Assembly: GCA_025808555.1 (NCBI GenBank)
Contig: CP075526.1
Location: 1,528,712-1,592,711 of the forward strand
Length of the DNA stretch: 64,000 bases
DNA from: Anaerolineales bacterium
GTDB lineage: Bacteria; Chloroflexota; Anaerolineae; Anaerolineales; UBA11579
Direction of reading: 5' to 3'
In this document: piece by piece, positions 19,342 to 31,351 of the stretch
Layout of the letters: the number at the start of each line of letters is the position of its first letter
How positions within the stretch are numbered: position 1 is the stretch's first letter
Notes under the pieces: generated by a model
The model's input: the letters and a program-made list of their open reading frames with translations, nothing else
What the model was told of the DNA's origin: nothing
Database searches by the model: none
Made by a program: the position numbers and the translations under genes

Positions 19342-20713
19342 CGTGATCTGCGTGCTTCAATACTTCGTTGCGTAAGAAGCCACGCGTAAGCTGGTGAATG
19401 CTGTAGCGTTTGTCCTCCGCATCGCCACTGGCTTCAAGCAGGCTGCGCTGATGCAGCTCGATGAGCGCATTACGCAGGCCGGCCACGTCCATACCACTCA
19501 GGGCACGCAGTTGCGCCAGGCTGGCGCCTTCGCTGCCCACCAGGGGCATTGCCAGCAAAAGGCGGCGCGCGGGTTGGCTCAACGAATCCCAACTGGCCCG
19601 GAAGATGGCGTTGTACACCGCGTCGATCTCGATGTTCGTGCGCTCGTGCAACGCTTCCAGTACTGCGGCGAGCGGCCAGCTGTGCAGCAGGCCAACCGCC
19701 AGCTTGAGCGCCAGCGGGTTGCCGCCCGTGCGCGCGTAGAGCGCGCCGACATGCTTTCGGATGGCGGGCAGGGCCGCCTCCAGCCCTACTTCGCGGGCCT
19801 GCATACTCATCAACTCTAGCGCAGCCTTGGCGGACAACTCACCAATGGGCAGCAGGTAGGCGCGCGCCAGCGTAGCGGGCCGCTGGCGGCTGCAGATCAA
19901 GAAGCGGCTAGGTTTGGCAAAAGAATGCAGCCAATCCACCCAGGCTGGGTCATCAATCTCACTGCCCACATCATCCAGCACGATCAGGCTGGGCTGGTTT
20001 TTGAGCGCCTGCCGCAGTGCAGGCAGGCGCCCGCTGGCCGGCAGCGTCGCGGGCAACAAGCGCCTGCTGAGCGCGGCCAGCAAGGTGGCCTGGGTGAGTG
20101 GTTGCCCTTCGGTCGGATGCAGCCAGAGCACCCGGTCATAGCGCGTAGCGGGTAGCAAATTGCGCACGGCCTGGTTGGCCAGTGATGTCTTGCCAATGCC
20201 GCCAATACCCGTCAGGCAGATCACCCAGGGCAGTTGCTGGCTGGTGAGCAAGCCGCTTAGCTTCTTTTGCAACGCGCTTTTACCCACCAGTTCGGCAAAG
20301 CCGGCGGGCGGCAAGCTGGCCAGCAGCTCAGCCTGGCGTTGTTGGCGGGCCGCTCGCTCCTGCACCAGAAGCCAATCCGCAAAGACTTGAATGGCGCGGT
20401 GCTGGTTGCGATTCACCGTTTCCTGGCTGATGGACTGCTGGTGAGCGATCTCTTTCGCGGTTACTTGTTCAAGGAAGCGCTGGGTCAGCAAGCTGGCATG
20501 GCCTGCATGCTCGGCGCGGAACTGGCGCAGCGCGCGCCGCAGAAAGTTCTCCATCGATGGTGCGCTGCGCCGCCCGCTGCGGCTGGGCTGCGCACAGACC
20601 AGTTGGTAGTACAGCAGCGCCTGTACGGCGGGTGCGCCGGTGCCACGCTTGCCAAGGCTTTGCAGGGCGCGGTGAACTTGCTGGGCGAATTGAGCGGGTG
20701 TGGTTGTGGTCAT
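19331..20713 (-). CDS. HTH (sigma-70 region-4-like) plus NB-ARC/STAND P-loop NTPase
   Basis: TAKEIAHQQSISQETVNRNQHRAI; GIGGIGKTSLA; LIVLDDV; GGNPLAL; YSIHQLTRGFL. Start set at MTTTTPAQF (ORF track 20740). Confidence 0.75.
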   Translation of the reverse strand: MTTTTPAQFAQQVHRALQSLGKRGTGAPAVQALLYYQLVCAQPSRSGRRSAPSMENFLRRALRQFRAEHAGHASLLTQRFLEQVTAKEIAHQQSISQETVNRNQHRAIQVFADWLLVQERAARQQRQAELLASLPPAGFAELVGKSALQKKLSGLLTSQQLPWVICLTGIGGIGKTSLANQAVRNLLPATRYDRVLWLHPTEGQPLTQATLLAALSRRLLPATLPASGRLPALRQALKNQPSLIVLDDVGSEIDDPAWVDWLHSFAKPSRFLICSRQRPATLARAYLLPIGELSAKAALELMSMQAREVGLEAALPAIRKHVGALYARTGGNPLALKLAVGLLHSWPLAAVLEALHERTNIEIDAVYNAIFRASWDSLSQPARRLLLAMPLVGSEGASLAQLRALSGMDVAGLRNALIELHQRSLLEASGDAEDKRYSIHQLTRGFLRNEVLKHADHDES

Positions 20714-20826
20714 ACCCCAAGACTGGCATTCTAATCTCAAAGCACAGCTGCACAGCTAATAGGCTGCTTTGGTAGAATGACCCCGCAAGAGGAGTTTGAT
20801 TCCTCTGTTTGCAGCAGGAGGTAGTT

Positions 20827-20991
20827 ATGTTCAGTGGTTGGGAATGGATTGTCATCCTCATTATCGTTGTTTTGATCTTTGGTGTGGGACGCCTGGGCAA
20901 GCTGGGCGCTGATCTGGGCTCCGGCATCCGTGCTTTCCGCAAGGGACTTTCAGGCGATGATGAACCCAAAGATGAGGAGAAAAAAGCGTAG
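20827..20991 (+). CDS. tatA: Twin-arginine translocase subunit TatA/E
   Basis: [40 protein letters not shown]; AGGAGG SD. Confidence 0.88.
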   Translation: MFSGWEWIVILIIVVLIFGVGRLGKLGADLGSGIRAFRKGLSGDDEPKDEEKKA

Positions 20992-21004
20992 CATTTGCCT
21001 ACTG

Positions 21005-21033
21005 TTGCATCGCTGCGTTTTTAAGAGTACATT
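21005..21033 (+). promoter_or_regulatory. Candidate promoter TTGCAT-N17-TACATT for the amino-acid ABC operon
   Basis: Hexamers with exact 17-nt spacer, 40 nt upstream of ATG 21073. Confidence 0.4.
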
Positions 21034-21072
21034 AGTACAACGCTACTTTATTAGTTCCTAAGGAGGAACAAG

Positions 21073-21945
21073 ATGCAGAAAGTTCGCTTTACCCTTTTTG
21101 CCCTCATTGTCGGTGCCCTCGTGCTAAGCGCGTGTGGCGCGGGTGGTGACCCAACCGTACGCGGTGGGGAATGTCTGGGCTCCGCGGGCGAGGCCATTGT
21201 TGACCTTGACTGCCGTGAGGTGACCGTTGCTATTGAGAACGCCTACCTGCCCTTCAACTATGTTGACGCTGAGACCGGCGTTCCGGGTGGCTGGGACTAC
21301 GATGCCTGGGACGAGATCTGCACCCGCCTGCACTGCACCCCGGTGTATGTTGAGGCTGCCTGGGACGGCATGATCCAGGCCGTGGCCGATGGCCAGTTTG
21401 ACGCTGCCGCTGACGGTATCACCATCACCGAGGACCGCGCCCAGATCGTGGACTTCTCGATTGGCTACGTCAACATTGATGTGCGCCTGCTGGTGCGCAT
21501 TGATGAGACCCGTATCGAAAGCATCGAAGACATCGTCAACGACGCCAGTTTGAAACTGGGTACGCAGACCGGCACCACCAACTACGAGATCGCCGCCACC
21601 TACTTGCCCGAGGACCGCATCCAGGCCTTTGAGCAGTTCCCCTTCGCTGTTCAGGCTCTCGTATCTGGCGACATTGACGCCGTGATCATCGATGAGACTG
21701 CCGGCCAGGGCTACCTGGGCGAGAATGCTGATGTGCTGAAGCTCGTCGGTCCCTCGATGTCGAGCGATCAGCTCGGCTTCATCTTCCCCAAGGGCAGCGA
21801 TCTGGTTGCACCGGTCAACCAGGCGCTTGAGTCCATGATGGCTGATGGCACGCTGTCTGAGCTCAACACCATCTACTTTGGACCTGACTTCGCCGTCACC
21901 TACGACGACATTGGGCCTGGCGCCTACGGCGAAGACGAAGAGTAA
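21073..21945 (+). CDS. Polar amino acid ABC transporter substrate-binding lipoprotein
   Basis: Lipobox LSAC; SBP family 3 pattern (LPFNYVD, GMI.AV..G.FDA). Confidence 0.8.
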   Translation: MQKVRFTLFALIVGALVLSACGAGGDPTVRGGECLGSAGEAIVDLDCREVTVAIENAYLPFNYVDAETGVPGGWDYDAWDEICTRLHCTPVYVEAAWDGMIQAVADGQFDAAADGITITEDRAQIVDFSIGYVNIDVRLLVRIDETRIESIEDIVNDASLKLGTQTGTTNYEIAATYLPEDRIQAFEQFPFAVQALVSGDIDAVIIDETAGQGYLGENADVLKLVGPSMSSDQLGFIFPKGSDLVAPVNQALESMMADGTLSELNTIYFGPDFAVTYDDIGPGAYGEDEE

Positions 21946-21977
21946 TCTCGTTATCTAGTCTTTTCTAGAGTATAAAT

Positions 21978-22014
21978 AAGCCGGTGTGCAGCCTCTGCAC
22001 ACCGGCTTTTTTTC
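21978..22014 (+). terminator. Intra-operon terminator/attenuator after the SBP gene
   Basis: GCCGGTGTGCAG/CTGCACACCGGC stem plus T7. Confidence 0.75.
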
Positions 22015-22030
22015 TCTCTTCCGGAGGCAC

Positions 22031-22918
22031 ATGACCCATAGCACAGAAATCGAGCCCACCCTTCCCGGCACGCCCGGCACTGCGCCGCGCAGCAAAACAT
22101 TGCAAGAGCGCATCGACGAATTTCCGTGGTGGGTCGGAGGTATTCTTGTCATCGCCGTTGGTGCCTTCTATCTGGTCACCACCCAGACCAGCTTTGGCGA
22201 GGCACTCAACTTCATTCGCATTGGTATCGGCATCACCATCACGACAACGCTGTACGCGTACAGTATTGCGCTGGTCATTGGTCTGGTTGCCGGGCTAGGC
22301 CGTATCTCTCGCAACGTTGTAGTGCGCAACATCTCTACTCTGTATGTGGAACTGGTGCGCGGCATTCCCATCCTTGTACTTATCTTTTATATCGCCCTGG
22401 TGGCTGTGCCCGATTCTCTGGGCATGTTCAAAACGCTGGGCGCCTGGCTCACTTCGCTGGGGCTGGGTTTCATCGGCCAGCCGTTGGCGGCGATCACCAA
22501 TGACAGCATTTCGCTGAACGTACGCGCCATCATTGCGCTCTCGGTCACCTACGGCGCGTTTTTAGCCGAGATCTTCCGTGCCGGTATCCAGTCCATTGGC
22601 AAGGGCCAGATGGAGGCGGCTCGCTCGCTGGGCATGAGCTACGGGCAGGCCATGCGTTATGTCATCCTGCCGCAGGCCATCCGCAATGTGCTGCCCGCGC
22701 TGGGCAACGACTTTGTGGCCATGGTCAAGGACTCCTCGCTGGTGTCCGTGCTGGCGGTGCGTGATATCACCCAAGTGGCGCGTTTGTATGCCGGGCGCAC
22801 CTTCCGCTTCCGTGAGGCCTATACCATATTGGCCATCCTGTATCTGGGTATGACGTTGATCCTCTCGATCCTGGTGAGAGTGCTTGAAAGGCGCCTGCAT
22901 GGCAACAGCAGAAAATAA
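22031..22918 (+). CDS. Amino acid ABC transporter permease (His/Glu/Gln/Arg family)
   Basis: [25 protein letters not shown] loop; start moved to MTHSTEI. Confidence 0.8.
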   Translation: MTHSTEIEPTLPGTPGTAPRSKTLQERIDEFPWWVGGILVIAVGAFYLVTTQTSFGEALNFIRIGIGITITTTLYAYSIALVIGLVAGLGRISRNVVVRNISTLYVELVRGIPILVLIFYIALVAVPDSLGMFKTLGAWLTSLGLGFIGQPLAAITNDSISLNVRAIIALSVTYGAFLAEIFRAGIQSIGKGQMEAARSLGMSYGQAMRYVILPQAIRNVLPALGNDFVAMVKDSSLVSVLAVRDITQVARLYAGRTFRFREAYTILAILYLGMTLILSILVRVLERRLHGNSRK

Positions 22919-23651
22919 GACGATTATCGAAACCCGTAATCTGCACAAGTACTTTGGAGATGTGCAGGCGTTGCGCGGGGTTAACCTGCGCGTGGAGCGC
23001 GGCAAAGTGGTCGTGATCGTAGGCCCAAGCGGCTCTGGCAAGAGCACGCTGTTGCGCTGCATCAACCACCTGGAAGTGGAAACCGAAGGGGAAGTATGGG
23101 TGGATGGCAAACGCCTGAACGAGAAGAACAAGGACATCAACAGTATCCGCGCCGAGATTGGCATGGTGTTCCAGCTTTTCAACCTTTTCCCCCATCTCAC
23201 CGTCCTGGACAATATTGTCCTGGCCCAGCGGGTGGTGCGCGGCCGCAAGAAGGATGAAGCTGTGCGCATAGCCCATGAGCAGCTAAAACGGGTGGGCATT
23301 TCTGAGAAGGCAGACAGCTTTCCCGGGCAGCTTTCAGGCGGCCAGCAACAGCGCGTGGCGATTGCCCGGGCTCTGGCCATGAACCCCAAGATCATGCTGT
23401 TCGATGAGCCTACCAGCGCCCTGGACCCGGAAATGATCAAAGAGGTGCTGGATGTGATGCTGGCCCTGGCTAAAGAGGGTATGACCATGGTGTGCGTAAC
23501 CCATGAGATGGGTTTTGCCCGCGCCGCCGCAGATGAAGTGATCTTTATGGACAATGGCCTGATCGTCGAATCTGCCCCCCCAAATCAGCTATTTCATTCC
23601 CCTAAAGAGGAGCGCACCAAGCTCTTCCTCTCACAAATCCTGAGCCACTAA
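22899..23651 (+). CDS. Amino acid ABC transporter ATP-binding protein
   Basis: [34 protein letters not shown]. Confidence 0.9.
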   Translation: MATAENKTIIETRNLHKYFGDVQALRGVNLRVERGKVVVIVGPSGSGKSTLLRCINHLEVETEGEVWVDGKRLNEKNKDINSIRAEIGMVFQLFNLFPHLTVLDNIVLAQRVVRGRKKDEAVRIAHEQLKRVGISEKADSFPGQLSGGQQQRVAIARALAMNPKIMLFDEPTSALDPEMIKEVLDVMLALAKEGMTMVCVTHEMGFARAAADEVIFMDNGLIVESAPPNQLFHSPKEERTKLFLSQILSH

Positions 23652-23663
23652 CTAACTTGGGCG

Positions 23664-23691
23664 TTGACAGCCCTATTCTGAGTACTATAAT
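23664..23691 (+). promoter_or_regulatory. Consensus promoter TTGACA-N16-TATAAT for the peptide ABC operon
   Basis: Perfect -35 and -10 hexamers; ~110-nt leader. Confidence 0.6.
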
Positions 23692-23805
23692 CAAACTTAC
23701 CCCTTTTCCGGGGTAGATAAAGGAGGTGAGGCTGAACAAAGGGCAAGTTTCACCTATTTTTCTATTAATCCAGTACCTGACAGAAGTCTTTGAGGAGAAG
23801 TACAT

Positions 23806-25470
23806 ATGAAGAAATTGAGCACTTTGTTTGCTCTGCTGGTGGCGTTTAGCCTCGTCCTGGCCGCTTGTGGTTCCGGTGGAACCGCGGTGCAGGATGAGTT
23901 TTCCGCCCTGGCAGAATTTGAAGGCCTGAAGCTGGATGCCGGCAGCTGTGACTACGGCGGCAAGGTTCTTTCCATCGAAGCGGTGGACGAACTGACCGTG
24001 GTGTTCACGCTGTGCAAGCCGGACCCGGCGTTTGAGGCCAAGATCGCCTTCACGCCCTTCGGCATTCAGCCGCAGGAGCACCTGGCTCGCACGGGTGGCT
24101 CTGGCGAACTGCTGGAGAACCCCATCGGCACTGGCCCTTACCAGGTAGCCGAGTGGGACCGCGGCAACCAGATCGTTTACACCCGCTTTGACGATTACTG
24201 GGGTGAGTCCAACGGCGCCAGCACTGTGACCCTGCGCTGGCTGACCGAAGGCGCCGCCCGCTTGCAGGAACTGCAGGCTGGCACTGCTGACTACGTGAGC
24301 AATATCAGCCCGTCTGATTACGCCACGGTTCAGAATGACCCCAATCTGCAGATCCTCTACCATCAGAACCCCAATGTGTTCTACATTGGTTTCACCAACA
24401 CGGCTTCCCCGTATGACAATGTAGACGTGCGCCGCGCCATTGCCTTGGGCATTGACTACCAGCGCATTGTGGACAACTTCTACCCCGATGGGTCTGAGGT
24501 CGCTTCTCACTTCACCCCCTGCGCCATCCCCAATGGTTGTGAAGGTGAGTCCTGGTACGAGTTTGACGCTGAGGCTGGCCGCGCGCTGCTGGCCGAAGCC
24601 GGTTACCCGGATGGTTTCACCACCCGCCTGTACTACCGTGACGTGTTCCGCGTCTACCTGCCTGAGCCGGCTCGTGTAGCCACCGAGATCCAGGCGCAGC
24701 TGCAGGAGAACCTGGGCATCACGGTTGAGGTGGTCCCCATGGAATCTGGTGAGTTCATTGCCGCTTCCACCTCGGGTGAGCTGACCGATGGTATGCACCT
24801 CCTGGGTTGGGGCGCGGACTACCCGCACGTCACCAACTTCATGGACTTCCACTTCGGCGCCAACAACCCGCAGTTTGGTAACGCCCACGCTGAGATCTAT
24901 GGCCCTCTGCAAGAGGCTTCCTCGATCGCTGATGTAGCCACGGCTGCCCCGCTGTACGCCGAGGCCAACAATGCTGTCAAGGAGCTGGTGCCCCTGATCC
25001 CTGTTGCTCACGGTGCGGCTGCTCACGCGGCCCTCGCCTCCCTGCAGGGCGCGTACTACCCGCCCTTCGGCGCTCCGCAGTTCAACTTCCTGAACAACGG
25101 TACTGACAGCCTGGTGTTCGTACAGAACGCTGAGCCGATCAGCCTGGACTGCGCTGACGAAACCGACGGTGAGTCGCTAACCGCCTGCCAACAGGTGGTT
25201 GAGACGCTGCTGGAGTACGGCAAGGACTCGGGTGCAACCTTCCCTGAGTTGGCCACCTCTTGTGACGCCAATGCTGACTCCACGGTGTGGACCTGCCACC
25301 TGCGTGATGGTGTGAAGTTCCACGACGGTTCCGACTTTGACGCTGACGACGTGGTGGCCTCCTGGGCCCGCGGTTTGGATGCTTCCAACCCGTACCACGT
25401 GGGTAACACTGGTAGCTTTGACTACTATGGCTACCTGTGGGACAGCTTCATGAACGTTCCCGCCGAATAA
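23806..25470 (+). CDS. Peptide/nickel ABC transporter substrate-binding lipoprotein (family 5)
   Basis: Lipobox LAAC; family-5 SBP length and GTGPY motif. Confidence 0.85.
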   Translation: MKKLSTLFALLVAFSLVLAACGSGGTAVQDEFSALAEFEGLKLDAGSCDYGGKVLSIEAVDELTVVFTLCKPDPAFEAKIAFTPFGIQPQEHLARTGGSGELLENPIGTGPYQVAEWDRGNQIVYTRFDDYWGESNGASTVTLRWLTEGAARLQELQAGTADYVSNISPSDYATVQNDPNLQILYHQNPNVFYIGFTNTASPYDNVDVRRAIALGIDYQRIVDNFYPDGSEVASHFTPCAIPNGCEGESWYEFDAEAGRALLAEAGYPDGFTTRLYYRDVFRVYLPEPARVATEIQAQLQENLGITVEVVPMESGEFIAASTSGELTDGMHLLGWGADYPHVTNFMDFHFGANNPQFGNAHAEIYGPLQEASSIADVATAAPLYAEANNAVKELVPLIPVAHGAAAHAALASLQGAYYPPFGAPQFNFLNNGTDSLVFVQNAEPISLDCADETDGESLTACQQVVETLLEYGKDSGATFPELATSCDANADSTVWTCHLRDGVKFHDGSDFDADDVVASWARGLDASNPYHVGNTGSFDYYGYLWDSFMNVPAE

Positions 25471-25506
25471 TCGACGGCCCGTTCATTAAGCGAACGTCTG
25501 AGATAA

Positions 25507-25556
25507 ATGCGCGGGATGGGTGCGGCGAGTTTCTCGCCAAAACCCATCCCGCGCAT
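25507..25556 (+). other. Intercistronic stem-loop between the SBP and permease genes
   Basis: ATGCGCGGGATGGGT ... ACCCATCCCGCGCAT, 15-bp stem, no T run. Confidence 0.6.
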
Positions 25557-25570
25557 CCTCAACTTCACCT

Positions 25571-26653
25571 ATGTCTAAGTACATCCTGCGCCGCATCCTG
25601 CTGACCATTCCGGTCATTCTGGGCATCCTGGTGGTGACCTTTGTGATCGCGCGCTCCATTCCGGGTGACCCGTGCCGTTCGGCTCTTGGCGAACGCGCTA
25701 CGGAAGCCGCCTGCAATGCCTTCAATGCTCGTATGGGGCTGGATAAGCCCATCGTTGTGCAGCTGGGCATCTATATGCGCGAGATCTTACTTAAAGGCGA
25801 TTTTGGCGATTCGATCCGCTATAGCCGCCCAGTCTCGCAAATGATCATTGAGCGCCTGCCGGTCACGCTGGAGCTTGGCTTCTCGGCTTTGTTCATTGCC
25901 ATCCTGGTGGGCGTGCCCATGGGCGTCATTTCGGCCGTACGGCGTAACTCCGCAGTGGATGTGGCCACTATGGTGGGCGCAAACATCGGCGTTTCCATGC
26001 CGGTGTACTGGCTGGGCCTGATGCTGGCGTATGTGTTTGCGATCCTGTTGAAGGACACGCCGTTCTGGCTGGCGCCCACGGGGCGCCTTACGGCTGGCGT
26101 GATCCCTGACGCGTTCTATCAGGTATGGGGCCTGGGCCTGACGCGTGGCACTACTTTGTACATGTTTGCCGACTTTGTTTCGAATTTCGTTTTCTTTAAT
26201 GCAATCATTACTGGGCAATGGGACGTCCTTGTGGATGCTTTCCGGCACATGATCCTGCCGGCCATTGCCTTGAGCACCATCCCGCTTTCCATAATTGCGC
26301 GCATCACGCGCTCCAGCATGCTGGATGTGCTGGGACGCGAGTATGTGCGTGCAGCCCGCGCCAAAGGCGTGGCAGAGAACCTGGTTATCATGAAACACGC
26401 CCTGCGCAATGCTCTCTTGCCAGTGATCACGGTCATTGGCATCCAGGTAGGTACTTTGTTTGCCGGCGCGGTACTAACTGAGACCACCTTCGGCCTCTCC
26501 GGGGTGGGGCGGGCCTTGTTTGACGCCATCACTGGCCGAGACTTCCCCATCATTCAAGGTTTCACGGTGGTGGTGGCGATGGGTTATGTGATTGTGAACT
26601 TACTTGTTGATATCTCGTACGCGTACATTGATCCGCGTATTCGCCTGCGGTAA
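25571..26653 (+). CDS. Peptide ABC transporter permease (DppB/OppB-like)
   Basis: MSKYILRRILLTIPVILG N-terminus typical of DppB; EAA region. Confidence 0.85.
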   Translation: MSKYILRRILLTIPVILGILVVTFVIARSIPGDPCRSALGERATEAACNAFNARMGLDKPIVVQLGIYMREILLKGDFGDSIRYSRPVSQMIIERLPVTLELGFSALFIAILVGVPMGVISAVRRNSAVDVATMVGANIGVSMPVYWLGLMLAYVFAILLKDTPFWLAPTGRLTAGVIPDAFYQVWGLGLTRGTTLYMFADFVSNFVFFNAIITGQWDVLVDAFRHMILPAIALSTIPLSIIARITRSSMLDVLGREYVRAARAKGVAENLVIMKHALRNALLPVITVIGIQVGTLFAGAVLTETTFGLSGVGRALFDAITGRDFPIIQGFTVVVAMGYVIVNLLVDISYAYIDPRIRLR

Positions 26654-26655
26654 CC

Positions 26656-27606
26656 ATGGCTGCCAATACCAAAGCACTCAACCCTTCCAACACTACCGAG
26701 TCCATGCGCTCCCGCAGCCTGGCTGCACTCACTTGGCGTCGTCTGTTCAAGCAGCGCAATGCGATTGTGGGCCTGGCCATTCTTCTCTTCCTGACGCTGG
26801 TAGCCATATTCGCCCCACTGATTGCACCCTACGACCCTGTGCAGTCGTTGTTGGGCATCGAAACGCTCAAGGAGCGTGAGGCGCCCTGCATCCACATGCT
26901 GGGTTGCCCCGAAGACAAGCCTGAGCATCTAATGGGCATCGACGCCAATTATCGTGACGTGTTCAGCCGCATTATTTATGGCACGCGCGTCTCGTTGTTC
27001 ATCGGCTTCAGCACCATTGGCATGGCCGTGGTGGTGGGAGCGGTCATCGGCGCCGTTTCGGGCTATATAGGTGGCTGGGTGGATAACGTCATCATGCGCC
27101 TTATGGATGTGGTGCTGGCCTTCCCCAGTTTCCTGCTGGCGATCGCGATCATTACGGTGATCGGGCGTGGTCTGCAGAACGCTCTGTATGCGATCGCCAT
27201 CGTGAACATTCCTGTATTTGCACGCTTGGTTCGAGCCTCGGTGCTATCCATCAAGGAGCAGGAGTTTGTATCTGCGTCCCGCGCTTTGGGCGCCAGCGCC
27301 TTCCGCTTGCTGTTCGTGCGCATCTTCCCTAATGCGCTGCCCACCCTGGTGGTGCAGGCCACGCTCAGCATCGCCTCCGCCATCCTGGAGGCAGCCGCCC
27401 TCTCGTTCCTGGGCCTGGGCGCCCAGCCGCCCACACCCGAGTGGGGCACCATGCTGGGCAGCGAGCGCAATCAAGTTTTTACCGCGCCACATCTGGTGTT
27501 CTTCCCGGGCCTGGCGATCATGCTCACTGTGCTGGCCTTCAACCTGCTGGGCGATGGTGTGCGCGATGCGATGGACCCGCGCCTGGCCCAGGTGGCGAAG
27601 AAGTAG
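26656..27606 (+). CDS. Peptide ABC transporter permease (DppC/OppC-like)
   Basis: HLMGIDANYRDVFSRIIYG, SASRALGAS EAA loop. Confidence 0.85.
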   Translation: MAANTKALNPSNTTESMRSRSLAALTWRRLFKQRNAIVGLAILLFLTLVAIFAPLIAPYDPVQSLLGIETLKEREAPCIHMLGCPEDKPEHLMGIDANYRDVFSRIIYGTRVSLFIGFSTIGMAVVVGAVIGAVSGYIGGWVDNVIMRLMDVVLAFPSFLLAIAIITVIGRGLQNALYAIAIVNIPVFARLVRASVLSIKEQEFVSASRALGASAFRLLFVRIFPNALPTLVVQATLSIASAILEAAALSFLGLGAQPPTPEWGTMLGSERNQVFTAPHLVFFPGLAIMLTVLAFNLLGDGVRDAMDPRLAQVAKK

Positions 27607-27609
27607 GCG

Positions 27610-29651
<2,042 letters not shown>

Positions 29652-29664
29652 ACGCATAGAAGAG

Positions 29665-29691
29665 CGAAACGCACAGCGTTTCGTTTTTTTT
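29665..29691 (+). terminator. Rho-independent terminator of the peptide ABC operon
   Basis: CGAAACGC/GCGTTTCG stem plus T8. Confidence 0.8.
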
Positions 29692-29706
29692 CTTGGCGGC
29701 TTCCAT

Positions 29707-29712
29707 TACAAT
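29707..29712 (+). promoter_or_regulatory. -10 box TACAAT, 7 nt before ATG 29720 (leaderless-type)
   Basis: Hexamer-N7-ATG. Confidence 0.45.
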
Positions 29713-29719
29713 CCTCCCG

Positions 29720-31351
29720 ATGCACTTTACCCCTGTCGCTGATTTTGCTTCGCGCCGCTCGCCCGTTGTTGGGCGCGGCGGTATGCTCGCCAGCAGCCAG
29801 CCGCTGGCCACAGCCGCCGGCCTTGGCATCCTGCGCGCCGGCGGCACGGCTGCAGATGCGGCCGTGGCCACTGCCGCGGCGCTGAATGTGACTGAGCCGA
29901 CCAGTACCGGCATCGGCGGAGACTGTTTTGCCCTGTACTACCAGGCCAGCACGAAGCGCGTTTTTGCTCTTAACGGTTCTGGCAGAGCACCGGCTGGCTT
30001 GTCGCTTGAGCTGCTGAAAAAGCAGGGGCTGGCCGAGCTGCCCAACTTCCATCCTCACACGGTCACCGTGCCCGGCGCTGCCGCCGGCTGGGCCGACCTG
30101 CTGGCCGCCCATGGCCGCCTCTCGCTGGCGCAAGTGCTTGCGCCTGCCATCGAGCTGGCGGAAGGTGGCTTCCCCGTGGCGCCGATCACCAGCCACTTTT
30201 GGGAACGCGGTGTGGAGAGACAGCTCAGTCTGGCACCTAACGGCGCCGAACTCACCATTGATGGCCGCGCCCCGCAGCCCGGCGAGATCTTTCGCAACCC
30301 GGGCCTGGCGCGCACCTTCCGCCGCCTGGCCGATGGCGGTCCGGCGGCCTTCTATCAGGGCGAGATTGCCGAAGCCATTGTGGCAGTGCTAACGGAAGCG
30401 GGTGGGGTGATGACCGCGGCCGACCTGGCCGCCCATCACAGTACCTGGGATGAGCCTATCTTTGCAGATTACCGCGGCCATCGCGTATGGGAGTGCCCGC
30501 CCAACGGGCAGGGCTTGGCGGCCTTGCTCGCGCTCAATATCCTGGAGAACTTTGACCTGAGCGGGCAAGACCCGCTGGGCGCGGAACGCTGGCACCTGAT
30601 GATCGAAGCCATGCGTTTGGCCTTTGCCGATGCGCGTTGGCACGTGGCCGACCAGGCCACGGACCCCGCCCCGCTGGAGGCGCTGCTCTCCAAGCAATAT
30701 GCGGCGCAACGCGCCGCATTGCTTGATTCACAGCGCGCCGTGGCGGATGTGCAGCGCGGCCGCCCGGTGGCAAGCTCAGGCACAGTCTATTTCAGTGTGG
30801 TGGACGGTGAGGGTAATGCTTGCTCGTTCATCAACAGCAACTACCAGGGCTTCGGCACCGGTATCGTGCCCAAGAGCTGGGGATTCACTCTGCAAAATCG
30901 CGGCCACGGCTTCAGTCTTGACCCAGCCCACCCGAATGCATTGGCCCCCGGCAAACGTCCGTACCACACCATCATCCCGGCCATGATCACCCACGCAAAC
31001 AGCGGCGACCTGTTTGCGTGCTATGGCGTGATGGGCGGCTTCATGCAGCCGCAAGGCCACATGCAAGTGGCAGTGGGCCTGATCGACGACGGGCTCGACC
31101 CACAGGTTGCGCTGGACCGACCGCGCTTCTGTATCGAAGATGGCACAGCCGGTTTGGCAGTCTCGTTGGAGGAAAGCCTACCCGCCGAAACGCAAACACG
31201 ACTGGCCGCCATGGGTCACTCGGTGCGCCAGCTGGGTGGGCTGCAGCGGGCCGCCTTTGGCCGCGGCCAAATTATCCTGAGAGAAAGTGACACCGGCGTG
31301 CTGTGGGGCGGTAGCGACCCGCGGGCCGATGGTTTGGCTATGACCCTATGA
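29720..31351 (+). CDS. ggt: Gamma-glutamyltransferase family protein (no obvious signal peptide)
   Basis: GGDCFALYY, SSGTVYFSVVD (catalytic Thr region), GVMGG. Confidence 0.85.
   Translation: MHFTPVADFASRRSPVVGRGGMLASSQPLATAAGLGILRAGGTAADAAVATAAALNVTEPTSTGIGGDCFALYYQASTKRVFALNGSGRAPAGLSLELLKKQGLAELPNFHPHTVTVPGAAAGWADLLAAHGRLSLAQVLAPAIELAEGGFPVAPITSHFWERGVERQLSLAPNGAELTIDGRAPQPGEIFRNPGLARTFRRLADGGPAAFYQGEIAEAIVAVLTEAGGVMTAADLAAHHSTWDEPIFADYRGHRVWECPPNGQGLAALLALNILENFDLSGQDPLGAERWHLMIEAMRLAFADARWHVADQATDPAPLEALLSKQYAAQRAALLDSQRAVADVQRGRPVASSGTVYFSVVDGEGNACSFINSNYQGFGTGIVPKSWGFTLQNRGHGFSLDPAHPNALAPGKRPYHTIIPAMITHANSGDLFACYGVMGGFMQPQGHMQVAVGLIDDGLDPQVALDRPRFCIEDGTAGLAVSLEESLPAETQTRLAAMGHSVRQLGGLQRAAFGRGQIILRESDTGVLWGGSDPRADGLAMTL

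Noticed and set aside
21054-21069. 6-bp hairpin GTTCCT-AAGG-AGGAAC covering part of the SD of the amino-acid SBP gene
   Set aside because: The stem is short and is essentially the SD pairing with a chance upstream complement. This is too weak to propose as a regulatory switch.
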